From the NCBI GenBank assembly GCA_963668625.2, contig CAXXKA010000008.1, positions 832,001 through 896,000 of the forward strand: a stretch of DNA of 64,000 nucleotides. Reading direction: 5' to 3'. The position numbers and the translations under genes are program-made. Position 1 is the stretch's first letter. Each line of letters begins with the position of its first letter. The DNA comes from an uncultured candidate division Zixibacteria bacterium (lineage in GTDB: Bacteria; Zixibacteria; MSB-5A5; UBA10806; 4484-95). Under the pieces are notes generated by a model, which saw only the letters and a program-made list of their open reading frames with translations, had not been told where the DNA came from and did no database searches. Of this stretch, positions 1-9,975 are shown in pieces.

Positions 1-630
1 GATGTTTATGTACTGACCAGCGATTATACTTTCTCGGGAGCGGAGGAATTTTCATTCAATATACAAAACCAGGAGCGCGGTATGATTGTCGGCGAAATAA
101 CCGGCGGCGGAGCTCACCCCACGACCAGAAGAGTGTTTGCGAATCTTAACGCCAGGCTGAGTCTACCCTTTGGCAAGGCAATAAATCCAATATCAGGAAC
201 CAACTGGGAGGGTACGGGTGTAAAGCCCGATATAGAAGCGCCGCAGGAACAGGCCTTTGATATCGCGTACATGGAAGCTTTAAAAAAGATAAAGGAACGA
301 ACGACAGATAAAGACCAACTCTTTATCATTCAATGGGCACTGGATGGTAAAGAAGCGATGCTAAATAAGCCGGAGCTTGATGATAGCCTTGCTCAAAAAT
401 ATATCGGGATTTTCGGGCCGCGAGTGATAACATTCGAAAATGGCGAGCTATACTATCAGCGTGAATCCAACCCCAGGTATAATTTAATCCCAATGAGTGA
501 TAATCGTTTCATGCTTGATGGCCTGGATTATTTCCGTATTCAATTGATCGAGGGAGATGACGGTCAATTCGACGAGTTAATAGGCTTGTATGATAACGGG
601 CAAACCGATAGTAATAAAAGAACGAAATAG
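1..630 (+). CDS. S41 family peptidase (IRBP-like), C-terminal part; 5' end lies outside the window
   Basis: Frame open from base 1: DVYVLTSDYTFSGAEEFSF...IVGEITGGGAHP...NWEGTGVKPDI, typical S41 motifs. Confidence 0.85.
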   Translation, partial: DVYVLTSDYTFSGAEEFSFNIQNQERGMIVGEITGGGAHPTTRRVFANLNARLSLPFGKAINPISGTNWEGTGVKPDIEAPQEQAFDIAYMEALKKIKERTTDKDQLFIIQWALDGKEAMLNKPELDDSLAQKYIGIFGPRVITFENGELYYQRESNPRYNLIPMSDNRFMLDGLDYFRIQLIEGDDGQFDELIGLYDNGQTDSNKRTK

Positions 631-880
631 TACAAGTTCCAGATATTCATGAACAACTCCGCATCTCTGATTATTGAGGAAGTAATATCAGCGGACTGGC
701 ATATTTAAGGCCTTGTATTCGTACATAGTATTTAGCCATAAGACAAATATGTTTTATGGCTATTTTAAAATTGATCAATTCAAATTGTATAGTGATGATA
801 TGAGTTATTTTACGGCGGCACGCATCCACGTGTGCCCCTTAGCTGTAAATGTGAGATAGTAAATGTAGCAGACGATGAGA

Positions 881-1014
881 GGCTGTCCCAAAAGGCAAGT
901 GATTGAGGTACGTCCTCGCTTGCCCCGATGGTGCCTCAACTGGTCTGCCTGCTAACAAATGCCGGCTGACGAGGATATCCGCCGGCCACAGGAAACCATG
1001 CTTTTGAGACAGCC
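881..1014. mobile_element. MITE-like element (134 bp) with 14-bp terminal inverted repeats, nested in a REP-like palindrome
   Basis: ggctgtcccaaaag (881-894) and cttttgagacagcc (1001-1014), 1 mismatch; flanks gcagacg (868-874) and cgtctgc (1021-1027) are also inverted. Confidence 0.6.
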
Positions 1015-1099
1015 ACAGGACGTCTGCCGACCACGGAATATCAAATTATCTACTGATGATATGGATTACTAAGCAAGATTGAATTTGCATGAGCGAATA

Positions 1100-2587
1100 T
1101 TAGCCGTTATCCGAAGCGCTTTGCCCTTCCCACCTGTCGATTATCGCCGCGCCGACAGAATCGCCCAGCACGTTTACCGTGGTGCGGCATCTATCCAGGA
1201 ACCAGTCAACCGCCAAAATCATGGCTATGCCCTCCGTAGGCAGCCCTACGGCGTTCAACACTATCACCATGGTAACCAGCCCGGCCTCGGGTATGCCGGC
1301 CGCTCCGATAGCCGCCAGGGTGGCGGTGAGGAATATGATAACCTGCGCACCGAAATCGAGCGGTATGCCGTACACCTGGGCGATGAATATCGCCGCTACC
1401 GCCTCATACAGCGCGGTGCCATCCATATTTATGGTTGCGCCTAAAGGCAAAACGAATCCGGCCGTGCGATTAGAGACGCCGCTTTTCTCCTCGACCGCCT
1501 CGATCGTAATCGGCAGTGTTGCGGAGCTGGAAGAGGTCGAGAAGGCGGTCAGTAAAGCCGGTGAGATATTCGAGGCATAGTCCGTAATTTTACGTTTGGC
1601 GAATATCTTAATCGCGGGCAAGAGCACGAACACTGCGTGAATACCAAGCCCGATAATCACCGTGAAAAAGTACTTGGCCATACGGGCTATCTCGGTGGCA
1701 AACCCGCCCTCGGTGGCAAGTTCGGCCTTGCCCAACCGGGCGGCCACGAGTCCCAAAATACCAAGCGGCGCGAAATACATCATGAGACGGATTATTTTCA
1801 GGAACGCCTCGTTCAAGCCCTCGAACAAATCGATTACGACCTTGCCCCGTTCACCAAGCGTTGTCAGTATACCGCCGAACAATAACGAGAATACGATAAG
1901 CGGTAATATATTGTTATTGGCCATTGCCTTAAACAGGTTCTTGGGGATCAAACCAACTAAGACATCGATGAAAGAAAAGTTCTTCTCCCGCATCTTGATC
2001 TCGAAACCCACGCCAATCGTATCGGGCTCGACTTTATTACCGGAGGCGTCATGCCAGTCGGTCACGCCGATTTGCTTGCCGGTTATTTTCGAGGACTTGT
2101 CGATTTCACCGGTTATGTTTTGGTCTTTAAGAACTACGATAAATTTCGAGGAGTAGTTACTTTTCTGAAGATTCTCCGGCCCGGTGATATGCAGCATCGA
2201 ACCGCCTGAGATAGGTCGGGCTTTAATCTGGTAGCTTGCCTGCGGATGATTATCCTGAATCCTGGCGACATCCTTACCCGGCTGTATGATATTTACCAGG
2301 ACGATACCGATAATAACCGAGATTCCGGTAGTTACCATATAGTATATAATCGTTCGGTAGCCCAGTGTACCTAGCTTGCTGATATGCCCCAGTCGAGCGA
2401 TACCAGTAACCATAGAGGCAACCACCAGCGGTACTACCATCATGAATAAAGCATTCAAAAATATCTCACCTAAAAATCCGAGTTTGATCGCGGAGTGAGG
2501 GGCATAATGGCCAAGCAAGAATCCGACGACGATGCCTATCAGGATGAAATAGATATTGAGATTGGATAAGCTTATTTTTTTAGCCAT
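1100..2587 (-). CDS. Dicarboxylate/amino acid:cation symporter (DAACS, GltP/GltT family)
   Basis: AFSTSSSSATLP, LPLGATINMDGTALYE, AAIGAAGIP and DWFLDRCRTTVNVLGD motifs; start 2587 or 2593. Confidence 0.93.
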   Translation of the reverse strand: MAKKISLSNLNIYFILIGIVVGFLLGHYAPHSAIKLGFLGEIFLNALFMMVVPLVVASMVTGIARLGHISKLGTLGYRTIIYYMVTTGISVIIGIVLVNIIQPGKDVARIQDNHPQASYQIKARPISGGSMLHITGPENLQKSNYSSKFIVVLKDQNITGEIDKSSKITGKQIGVTDWHDASGNKVEPDTIGVGFEIKMREKNFSFIDVLVGLIPKNLFKAMANNNILPLIVFSLLFGGILTTLGERGKVVIDLFEGLNEAFLKIIRLMMYFAPLGILGLVAARLGKAELATEGGFATEIARMAKYFFTVIIGLGIHAVFVLLPAIKIFAKRKITDYASNISPALLTAFSTSSSSATLPITIEAVEEKSGVSNRTAGFVLPLGATINMDGTALYEAVAAIFIAQVYGIPLDFGAQVIIFLTATLAAIGAAGIPEAGLVTMVIVLNAVGLPTEGIAMILAVDWFLDRCRTTVNVLGDSVGAAIIDRWEGQSASDNG

Positions 2588-2860
2588 GAACATTTAATAT
2601 AACAATATGCATATATTAGTCAAATGTTAATAAATATTGGATTACATCCTCGTGTTCCAATATGGGCTGCGCCGGTAAAGCAGCAGATACTACAGAAGTA
2701 ATTACTATACATTGCCCTGGTACGTGAGAGTAACCTTTTAAGGATTAAATGAGAACAGCAAAAAAGATAGAGCTAATGTATTACCTCCTCCGGCAGTAAC
2801 CATATATAGCCAAATCTGAAAATTGTTTAACATGGTAATTTCATTACTTATAAACTTTAA

Positions 2861-3115
2861 CACTACTGTCCGGTCTTTTCATCTCGTTGCGAAGCGCTGT
2901 TTCGCAACGTGGCTTGTTTGCCGGCAGAATGCGCATTCTACATGATTCAAGAAGGTTTCCAAGCAGCGCTTGGAAACCAGAAAACCAAGCCTAACATCGG
3001 CAGGATATGTCAGGATGAATGATACGCTGAATAAAATAATTATATCGGAAAATATTTTTCATTAACAATTCCAAGGAGAAATTTAAAATTTAACGAAAAA
3101 CACCGGACACTAGTG
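2861..3115. mobile_element. MITE (255 bp) with terminal inverted repeats and 9-bp target-site duplication
   Basis: cactactgtccggt (2861-2874) and accggacactagtg (3102-3115), 13/14 complementary; aaactttaa duplicated at 2852-2860 and 3116-3124. Confidence 0.85.
2885..2978. repeat. Pair of REP-like palindromes inside the MITE
   Basis: cgttgcgaa..ttcgcaacg (2885-2909) and ggtttccaagc..gcttggaaacc (2954-2978). Confidence 0.6.
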
Positions 3116-3226
3116 AAACTTTAAATATAATAAATTTACATTTGTCCTGCAAGTCATTCACCTTTTTAAAATATAATAGATTGCGCTGAGGAACTCGATT
3201 CATTACCTATTAATATTGGATGGTGA

Positions 3227-5029
3227 ATGACTATGCCTAAAATTCGTAAGCTTTCGAATTATAATTTAAAATCGGTTAGAATAGCGGCCGCAGAATATTT
3301 CGATATAATAAAAACGGCATCTAATGTCGACTCTGCCCGCGATCGCCTATATAGGAAAATCAGCAGTCATCAACTCGAATCGTTCGCGGCGAAATCGGAT
3401 TCTTACGAAGGCAAGTATATAAGGATGCGGGATTGTGCCGCGACATTGAGAAATATTATTAAACCTCGTTCGGATCAGCTTTCCGGTTTCAGTGTAATAT
3501 GAGCCTTATACGATATTGCCCGTGGCAAATCTCGTCCCGACCTTGAACCCGGTTTTTACGCCGAGATATACCATCTGTTTATGGGCTTAAAAGGCAAAGG
3601 CCCCGGTTCAGCTCCCGGTGAATACTACATTCCCGGCCGTCCCCGGGGACGTGAAGCCGCACTGATCAGATCGGGTCAACTCGACAGGCTCTGGGATAGA
3701 GTGGAAAATTATATGGCTAAATACGAGCACGGGCTGGATATGGATATCGCTGATTACAGAAAAGAACGCAGGCTTGAGGTATTATTACAACTCGGAGGCA
3801 ATGAAGATGATTGGAACGATTGGCGATGGCATCTGCGAAATGTGATTAAAAATCCCCAAAAGCTATCGAAAATGATACCGCTCTCGGTTGAGGAATCCGA
3901 ATCGATGGAAACGCTTGCTCGAACTCGTCTGCCGTTTGGTATAACGCCATATTATTTATCCCTGATGAATACCAATGGCGATAAAAGTGATCTGGCGGTA
4001 CGCGCTCAGGTGATTCCTCCAAAATCATACGTAGAGTTCGTTACCAAAAATAAAGGCCATAACTATTGTACTTACGATTTCATGCTCGAACATAACACCA
4101 GCCCGATCGATCTGGTTACGCGTCGTTATCCGGGAATCGCTATTTTAAAACCGTATAATACCTGCCCCCAAATATGCGTTTACTGCCAGCGTAACTGGGA
4201 GATCGATAAAGTCCTGTCTCGAGGCGCTATGGCCTCGCGCGGAAAAATTAAAGCGGCCATAAACTATATAGCCGAGCATCCCGCTATTCATGATGTTTTA
4301 GTTACCGGTGGTGATCCCCTGGCGATGAGCGATAAGAAGCTGTTCTGGACATTAAGTAAATTGGCGGAGGTTCCAACATTGGAACGTATCAGGATCGGAT
4401 CGCGTACGCTGGCGACCATGCCGATGAGAATTACCGATGAGCTGGCCGATTTCCTCGGTGCACTGCGAAAACCGATGAAGCGGGAGATCTCGATGGTCAC
4501 GCATGTCGAGCATCCTTATGAGGTAACGCCCGATATGTACGAGGCAGTGGAAAAACTGAGGCTACGGGGCATTAACGTATACAACCCGCATGTTTACACT
4601 TTCTTCGTTTCCAGACGGTTCGAGGCGGTACTATTGAAACGTTTGCTAAAACGAATCGGTATCGATCCATACTACACATTCAACACTAAAGGGAAAGAGG
4701 AAACAATCGAATACCGGGTGCCTATAGCCCGTCTTCTTCAAGAGCAAAAAGAGGAAACGAGATTATTACCCGGGCTTTCACGAACGGATGAGGCGGTTTA
4801 TAACGTGCCCGGTCTGGGTAAGAATTATCTCAGGGCAATCCAGCATCGCGAAATGCTCTCCATACTACCCAATGGTTCCCGAATATACGAATTTCACTCG
4901 TGGGAGAAAAATATCCGCAAGCAAAAATCATACATAGGCGTTGATGTACCGATACAGGGATACCTTCAGCGGTTGGAAAAAATCGGCGAGGATGTCAGGC
5001 AGTACGAGACTATCTGGTACTATTTCTAA
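3227..5029 (+). CDS. Long-form KamA-family radical SAM/PLP aminomutase-like protein (~600 codons) interrupted by one in-frame TGA at 3500-3502
   Basis: ORFs 3227-3502 and 3581-5029 are in the same frame, and the gap reads open (ALYDIARGKSRPDLEPGFYAEIYHLF). Motifs: WNDWRWHLRN, TRRYP, CPQICVYCQR (CX3CX2C), TGGDPL, IRIGSR, VPGLGK. Confidence 0.85.
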
Positions 5030-5053
5030 TCGTCCTGCTATATCGAAATCACT

Positions 5054-5518
5054 TCATAAGCCCAAATCACTTATCCAACCGGCGTGCGATTCGGGGCGGC
5101 TGTCGCTTGATGGTACGTAGGGTTTGATATCGAGAACGGGCGTGCCATCGAATATATCACTGTTCTCGAATTCGAGCATATTGTCTTCCCGCCTTATAAC
5201 TTTCACGCAGGATATCGCTATCGGGTTCGGGCGAAACGGCGTTCGGGTTACGAATAACGCGCGCTGATTCTCCGGATCGGGACGGGGGTATATTTTCAGT
5301 TTATACTCCTGCCCGATATTTTTATCGAACACCCAGATAAGCCAGACATGATCGAAAGTCTCGATTCCCTCCAGACCCTCCGCCAGGTTATCATCAAGGA
5401 ACAGTTTAGCTTTAACGATCTGCCCTTTGGGTTTCTTTCGATAATCATCCTTATTTTTCAACTGAGGGCAGGTTACGTAGCCGATAGCTTTCATCTCGAA
5501 TGTAGTTCGTTTATTCAT
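5054..5518 (-). CDS. tsaA: TsaA/TrmO-family tRNA m6t6A37 methyltransferase-like protein
   Basis: FDHVWLIWVFD, ALFVTRTPFRPNPIAIS, DGTPVLDIKPY. Confidence 0.88.
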   Translation of the reverse strand: MNKRTTFEMKAIGYVTCPQLKNKDDYRKKPKGQIVKAKLFLDDNLAEGLEGIETFDHVWLIWVFDKNIGQEYKLKIYPRPDPENQRALFVTRTPFRPNPIAISCVKVIRREDNMLEFENSDIFDGTPVLDIKPYVPSSDSRPESHAGWISDLGL

Positions 5519-5559
5519 AACCATAAAGCTATCAACATTAAATCGAAAGTCAACAAAAT

Positions 5560-5589
5560 AAAGCCCGTAAGTTGAGACAACTTACGGGC
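5560..5589 (-). terminator. Intrinsic terminator after cheW
   Basis: gcccgtaagttg/caacttacgggc hairpin followed by a T-rich tract on the minus strand. Confidence 0.75.
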
Positions 5590-5616
5590 AATTGGAGAAA
5601 AATGAAATTTAAAATG

Positions 5617-6111
5617 CTAAGCGACAGGTAATCTGGATGAACTGACAATGCTTTCGAGATCGAGGTAGATCAGCAATCTCTCTTCAAGTTTAACGATCGA
5701 TTTAATAAACTCGGCGCTCAAGCTTTTGGAGGTTTTCCCGGCTATCAATTTCGGGGCTTCCTCCAAAGAACTTTTGTGAACGCGTAACACCTCGGAAACT
5801 CCGTCTACGATAAGCCCGACAGTCTCGTTGGAAACATCTACGACAACTATTCTCGTTTTCTCATCATGAGCCGAGTTTTCCATGCCGAATTTTTTACGCA
5901 AATCTATAATCGGGATTACCTTGCCGCGCAGATTGATAATCCCTTCCACGTAGAAATCAGTCTGGGGAACTTCGGTGATCTCGACCATGCGGTTGATTTC
6001 CTGCACCTGCAGAATATTAACTCCGTACTCCTCGTGGCCGAGATTGAAAGTCACCATTTGCTCCAAATCCTGCCCCTGCTCGTTGATACGATCGGGATTT
6101 TCAGTATTCAT
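5617..6111 (-). CDS. cheW: Chemotaxis coupling protein CheW
   Basis: VTFNLGHEEYGVNILQVQEI, VEGIINLRGKVIPIIDLR, GLIVDGVSEV. Confidence 0.93.
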   Translation of the reverse strand: MNTENPDRINEQGQDLEQMVTFNLGHEEYGVNILQVQEINRMVEITEVPQTDFYVEGIINLRGKVIPIIDLRKKFGMENSAHDEKTRIVVVDVSNETVGLIVDGVSEVLRVHKSSLEEAPKLIAGKTSKSLSAEFIKSIVKLEERLLIYLDLESIVSSSRLPVA

Positions 6112-7764
6112 TTAAGCGACCTCCTCGACATTGCTGCGAAGCTTGAATCCGCTGATCAGATTTCTCAATTCCTCTGATTGACGATTTAACTGTTCGGACG
6201 CGGTGGCTGCTTGTTCGGCGCCGGTCGCGGCCTCTTTGGAGATTCTATCCACGTTTTCGACGCTTTTCGAAATCTGCTCTGCGGCGGCCGATTGTTCCTC
6301 GGCGGCGCCCGCTATCTGACGCATCATATCCTGTACACCCTCAATTGAGGTGAAAATATTATTCAAGGCAGCGTTCGTCTGGATTACCAGATCTTTACCC
6401 TTATTGACAATCCCCGATGATTCCTCCATCTGGGTGTTGGCTCCGCTGACATCATTCTGGATACCTTTGATCGTTTCGGCAACCTCTTTGGTGGCTTTCG
6501 TAGTGCGCTCGGCCAGTTTGCGAACCTCATCTGCTACAACCGCGAATCCTCTTCCTTGCTCACCGGCACGGGCCGCCTCGATAGCGGCATTCAAGGCCAG
6601 AAGGTTTGTCTGGTCGGCTATATCATCGATGACCTTGATTATCTCACCGATAGCCGTAGCTTTTTCGGCCAGTCCCTGTATATTCTGGGCTGTCACCGCT
6701 GCGGAATCAACTATCTCATTCATGCCCTCCGAGGTATTCTCGGCAAGCCTGCCGCCCTCCTGTGAGGCTTTGGCCGCCTCCTGGGCTTTTTCCGCTGCAT
6801 CCTGAGTGTTTTTAGAGGATTCCACGATAGTTGCCGTCATCTCCTCGATAGCCGCCGATACCTGCGCCGTCTGGTTGGTCTGCTCCGAGGCGCCGGCGGA
6901 AAGCTGTTCGGCCGAGGATGAAACCTCGGTAGCCGCTGAGGCCAATTGTTCGGTGTTCTGCGCCACCTGGTAAATGATATCATGAAGCTTATTGATAAAT
7001 GTATTGAACCAGTTGGCCAGATCACCAATCTCATCCTTCGAGTTAATATCAAGCCGTTTGGTTAAATCGCCCTCACCCTGGGCTATATCTTTTAGCATAT
7101 TAACGACTTTGTTCGTGGGGCGAGTAATACTTCTGGTGATAAATACAGCCAGTATCAAACCTATTATAATGGAAATTGCCGTGATTATAAGGTTCATCGC
7201 TATGGAATTCGATGCCTGGCTCTGAGCATCTCCAACTTTAGCTTCGGCAACTTCGAATTTTTGTTCTTTCAATTGCTTGAGTAATGACTGTACCTGGCTG
7301 AGGTTGCTCATGGTCTTAGTTTTAAATACTTCCAGAGCCTGTTGCTCTTCGGCCTGCGTCCAATCGTTATGATATATACCCTTGATCTCCACTGCTGATT
7401 CATGAAGATGCTTATGAGGCGCCTCTATATCCGCAAGTATAGCTTTAGAGTGTTCATCCAAATGTTTGTATTCCTCGGACTGCAACAAATCATAATACCA
7501 CTTGCCAAAACCGCATTTATGAGGATCAAGCTGTTTGTCGAATTCTTTATTCAGCGTAAAGGCCTCTGATAAAGCGACTGCCCAATTAAGATGGTCAACC
7601 TCTTTTTCAACCAGGAATAAAGCGCCTTTCTCTTCATCTACGGCCTGCTCGTAATTAACGCCAACCTTCTTGAGACTGAGTGTTGATAATCCCCAGATTA
7701 AAACTGCCAAGGCAAGTAAAACGCCAACCATACTAAAGAGTTTTTTCCCAATTGTGAATTTCAT
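6112..7764 (-). CDS. Methyl-accepting chemotaxis protein (TM-CZB-TM-HAMP-signalling)
   Basis: IADQTNLLALNAAIEAARAGEQGRGFAVVADEVRKLAE; HAMP GEGDLTKRL..DEIGDLA; CZB motifs HLNW, DPHKCGFGKWY, HKHLH. Confidence 0.95.
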   Translation of the reverse strand: MKFTIGKKLFSMVGVLLALAVLIWGLSTLSLKKVGVNYEQAVDEEKGALFLVEKEVDHLNWAVALSEAFTLNKEFDKQLDPHKCGFGKWYYDLLQSEEYKHLDEHSKAILADIEAPHKHLHESAVEIKGIYHNDWTQAEEQQALEVFKTKTMSNLSQVQSLLKQLKEQKFEVAEAKVGDAQSQASNSIAMNLIITAISIIIGLILAVFITRSITRPTNKVVNMLKDIAQGEGDLTKRLDINSKDEIGDLANWFNTFINKLHDIIYQVAQNTEQLASAATEVSSSAEQLSAGASEQTNQTAQVSAAIEEMTATIVESSKNTQDAAEKAQEAAKASQEGGRLAENTSEGMNEIVDSAAVTAQNIQGLAEKATAIGEIIKVIDDIADQTNLLALNAAIEAARAGEQGRGFAVVADEVRKLAERTTKATKEVAETIKGIQNDVSGANTQMEESSGIVNKGKDLVIQTNAALNNIFTSIEGVQDMMRQIAGAAEEQSAAAEQISKSVENVDRISKEAATGAEQAATASEQLNRQSEELRNLISGFKLRSNVEEVA

Positions 7765-8360
7765 AAGCACCTTCCTGCGTTAGTAATGTGTTCTGAAAAA
7801 GTGAAAAATACTTCTGCCCATTATTTTTAATAACTTCATCGAAAGATATATTTACAACTTTAAAAATACTAAACAGATAATAAACTGTGTAGATTTATAT
7901 ACCTTATTGTATTAATATATTATAACTCAGTATAGTACAATAATATACGGACACCATACGCATTGCCGATGTAGTCAATATCAGACATGTAACACGTTAA
8001 CTGCAAAAGACTTATAGATGGTGAAACATGTTGTTACAAATATTGTTTAAGTATTAAAGCACACATTTTGAAATATTTACCTTTTAGTCAATATATAATA
8101 ATAGGTTTAATAAACCCTTTATATCAGGCATTATATACTCATAAAAATTGCCATTATAGATTTTATTAATAATCCTTAACGAACAACATATTTCAGATGA
8201 CTATTCGGGGAGTTTTGGCTTTTCGACTCGTGATTGCCATTGTCATTAAGCTTTGATAAAGCTGCTTGAAACTATTTACTTATAGATGGAATTAATACAT
8301 ATTATATTATGAAGTCAAAGTTACCGGTGTGAAATAACCTAAATTTAAGCAGAGGGAACA

Positions 8361-9893
8361 ATGAATACAATAATTAAAAATAAACTGTCTATTTTATTTC
8401 TCTTAGTGCTGTCTTTGAGCGTATCGGTTTTCGGCCAATCCCCGAAAAGTATAACCATCCTGCACACCAACGATATTCACGGCCATTTCACTCCGGACCC
8501 GGCAAGTTGGCTGGACGATAATCCACCGGTAGGCGGTTTCGCGGCGCTCGATTATTATATCACCCGCGAACGTAACGATGTCGAAAGTTCGCTTCTGTTA
8601 GATGCCGGCGATTTCATGACCGGGAATCTTATCTGCAAGAAGAAGCACGGGGGAGCTTACGGCGGCGCTATTATCGAGATGATGAATATGATCGGTTATG
8701 ACTGCTCGGTAATCGGTAATCACGAATTCGACGCTCAGGGAAGCGATATATCGGCAATAAATAATATCATACAACTAGAGCGGATAGCCGAATTCCCGAT
8801 TCTCTGCGCCAATATGATCGACTCATCCGGCAACGAGTTCAGCGATGAACATTTCAGGATATTCGATGTCGACGGCCTGAAAGTGGGCGTAATAGGCGTT
8901 ACCTACCATCAAATGCTGGGCATGGCCTCGGCCGATAACCTCGAGGGATTCTACTCGACCGATCCGGCCGCGAAAGTGAATCAGATCGTCGGGTTGATCG
9001 ACAGCAAAACCGATTTAATCATAGTCCTATCGCATCTGGGGTACGAAAACGATGAGGAGATGGCTAATAAGATTCACGGAGTCGATCTGATAATCGGCGG
9101 TCACAGCCATTCGAGAATTACTCATCCCGATAAGGTAAACGGCGTAATTATCGCTCAGGCGGGTTCATACAATCACGATTTAGGTCGTATCGATTTAACC
9201 GTTGCAGGCGATACGGTGCAGTCTTATAACGGAAAGCTGATTACGCCGCTGGTTGCCAACACTAAAGCCCAACCGAGACTTCAAGCGTTTATCGATAGTT
9301 TTGCGGTTATGATCGAGGAAGAATATGGAGCGGTCATAAGTCATCTCAAACAGGATTGGCGTGGCGCCTATAACGAGGAATCCAATACCGGAGATTGGCT
9401 CACCGATGCCCTTGCCAAAGAGACCGGCGCCGATATCGCTTTCTTGAATTCGGGTGGTATCAGAAAGAATATCATGGCCGGGCCGATTACAAAAAAAGAT
9501 ATCAACGAGATGCTGCCGTTCCAGAATTACGTCGAGCTATTCGATTGCAGCGGTAAAGAACTTAAAGCCATCGCCCAGGAAAACGCCGAGGCACAGGGCC
9601 TGGAAACGCACGGGATATTACAGCTGAGCGGCCTTTCCTATAGCTGGCGAAAGGATGGCCGGAAAGTGATAGTGTCCGATATCAAGGTAAATGATAAGCC
9701 GGTTCAGGATGATAAAATCTACAGGGTAGCCAGTGTCGATTACGTGAATGGAAGTTACGATAAATACTACGGTATAAAGCCGCGCACTATTCATAACACC
9801 GGTATGATTCTTGCTGATGTCATAATCGATGCTATATTAAAAACCGAGACGATCGATGCACCGGATAGAAATCGTATAACACAGCTCGATTAA
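8361..9893 (+). CDS. Bifunctional 5'-nucleotidase/UDP-sugar hydrolase (secreted metallophosphoesterase)
   Basis: Signal peptide; HTNDIHG, DAGD, GNHEFD, LSHLG, GGHSH, NSGGIR. Confidence 0.92.
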   Translation: MNTIIKNKLSILFLLVLSLSVSVFGQSPKSITILHTNDIHGHFTPDPASWLDDNPPVGGFAALDYYITRERNDVESSLLLDAGDFMTGNLICKKKHGGAYGGAIIEMMNMIGYDCSVIGNHEFDAQGSDISAINNIIQLERIAEFPILCANMIDSSGNEFSDEHFRIFDVDGLKVGVIGVTYHQMLGMASADNLEGFYSTDPAAKVNQIVGLIDSKTDLIIVLSHLGYENDEEMANKIHGVDLIIGGHSHSRITHPDKVNGVIIAQAGSYNHDLGRIDLTVAGDTVQSYNGKLITPLVANTKAQPRLQAFIDSFAVMIEEEYGAVISHLKQDWRGAYNEESNTGDWLTDALAKETGADIAFLNSGGIRKNIMAGPITKKDINEMLPFQNYVELFDCSGKELKAIAQENAEAQGLETHGILQLSGLSYSWRKDGRKVIVSDIKVNDKPVQDDKIYRVASVDYVNGSYDKYYGIKPRTIHNTGMILADVIIDAILKTETIDAPDRNRITQLD

Positions 9894-9975
9894 CCCGGCA
9901 TAAGTCCGGCGGCTAAACTTTATATTGACCTGTAAACTGTCTTAATCCTATAGTTTTGAAAACGGGAGATTTTGT

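Noticed and set aside
7780-8350. AT-rich 570-bp region as origin or foreign DNA
   Set aside because: No DnaA-box cluster or repeats seen; consistent with a divergent promoter region
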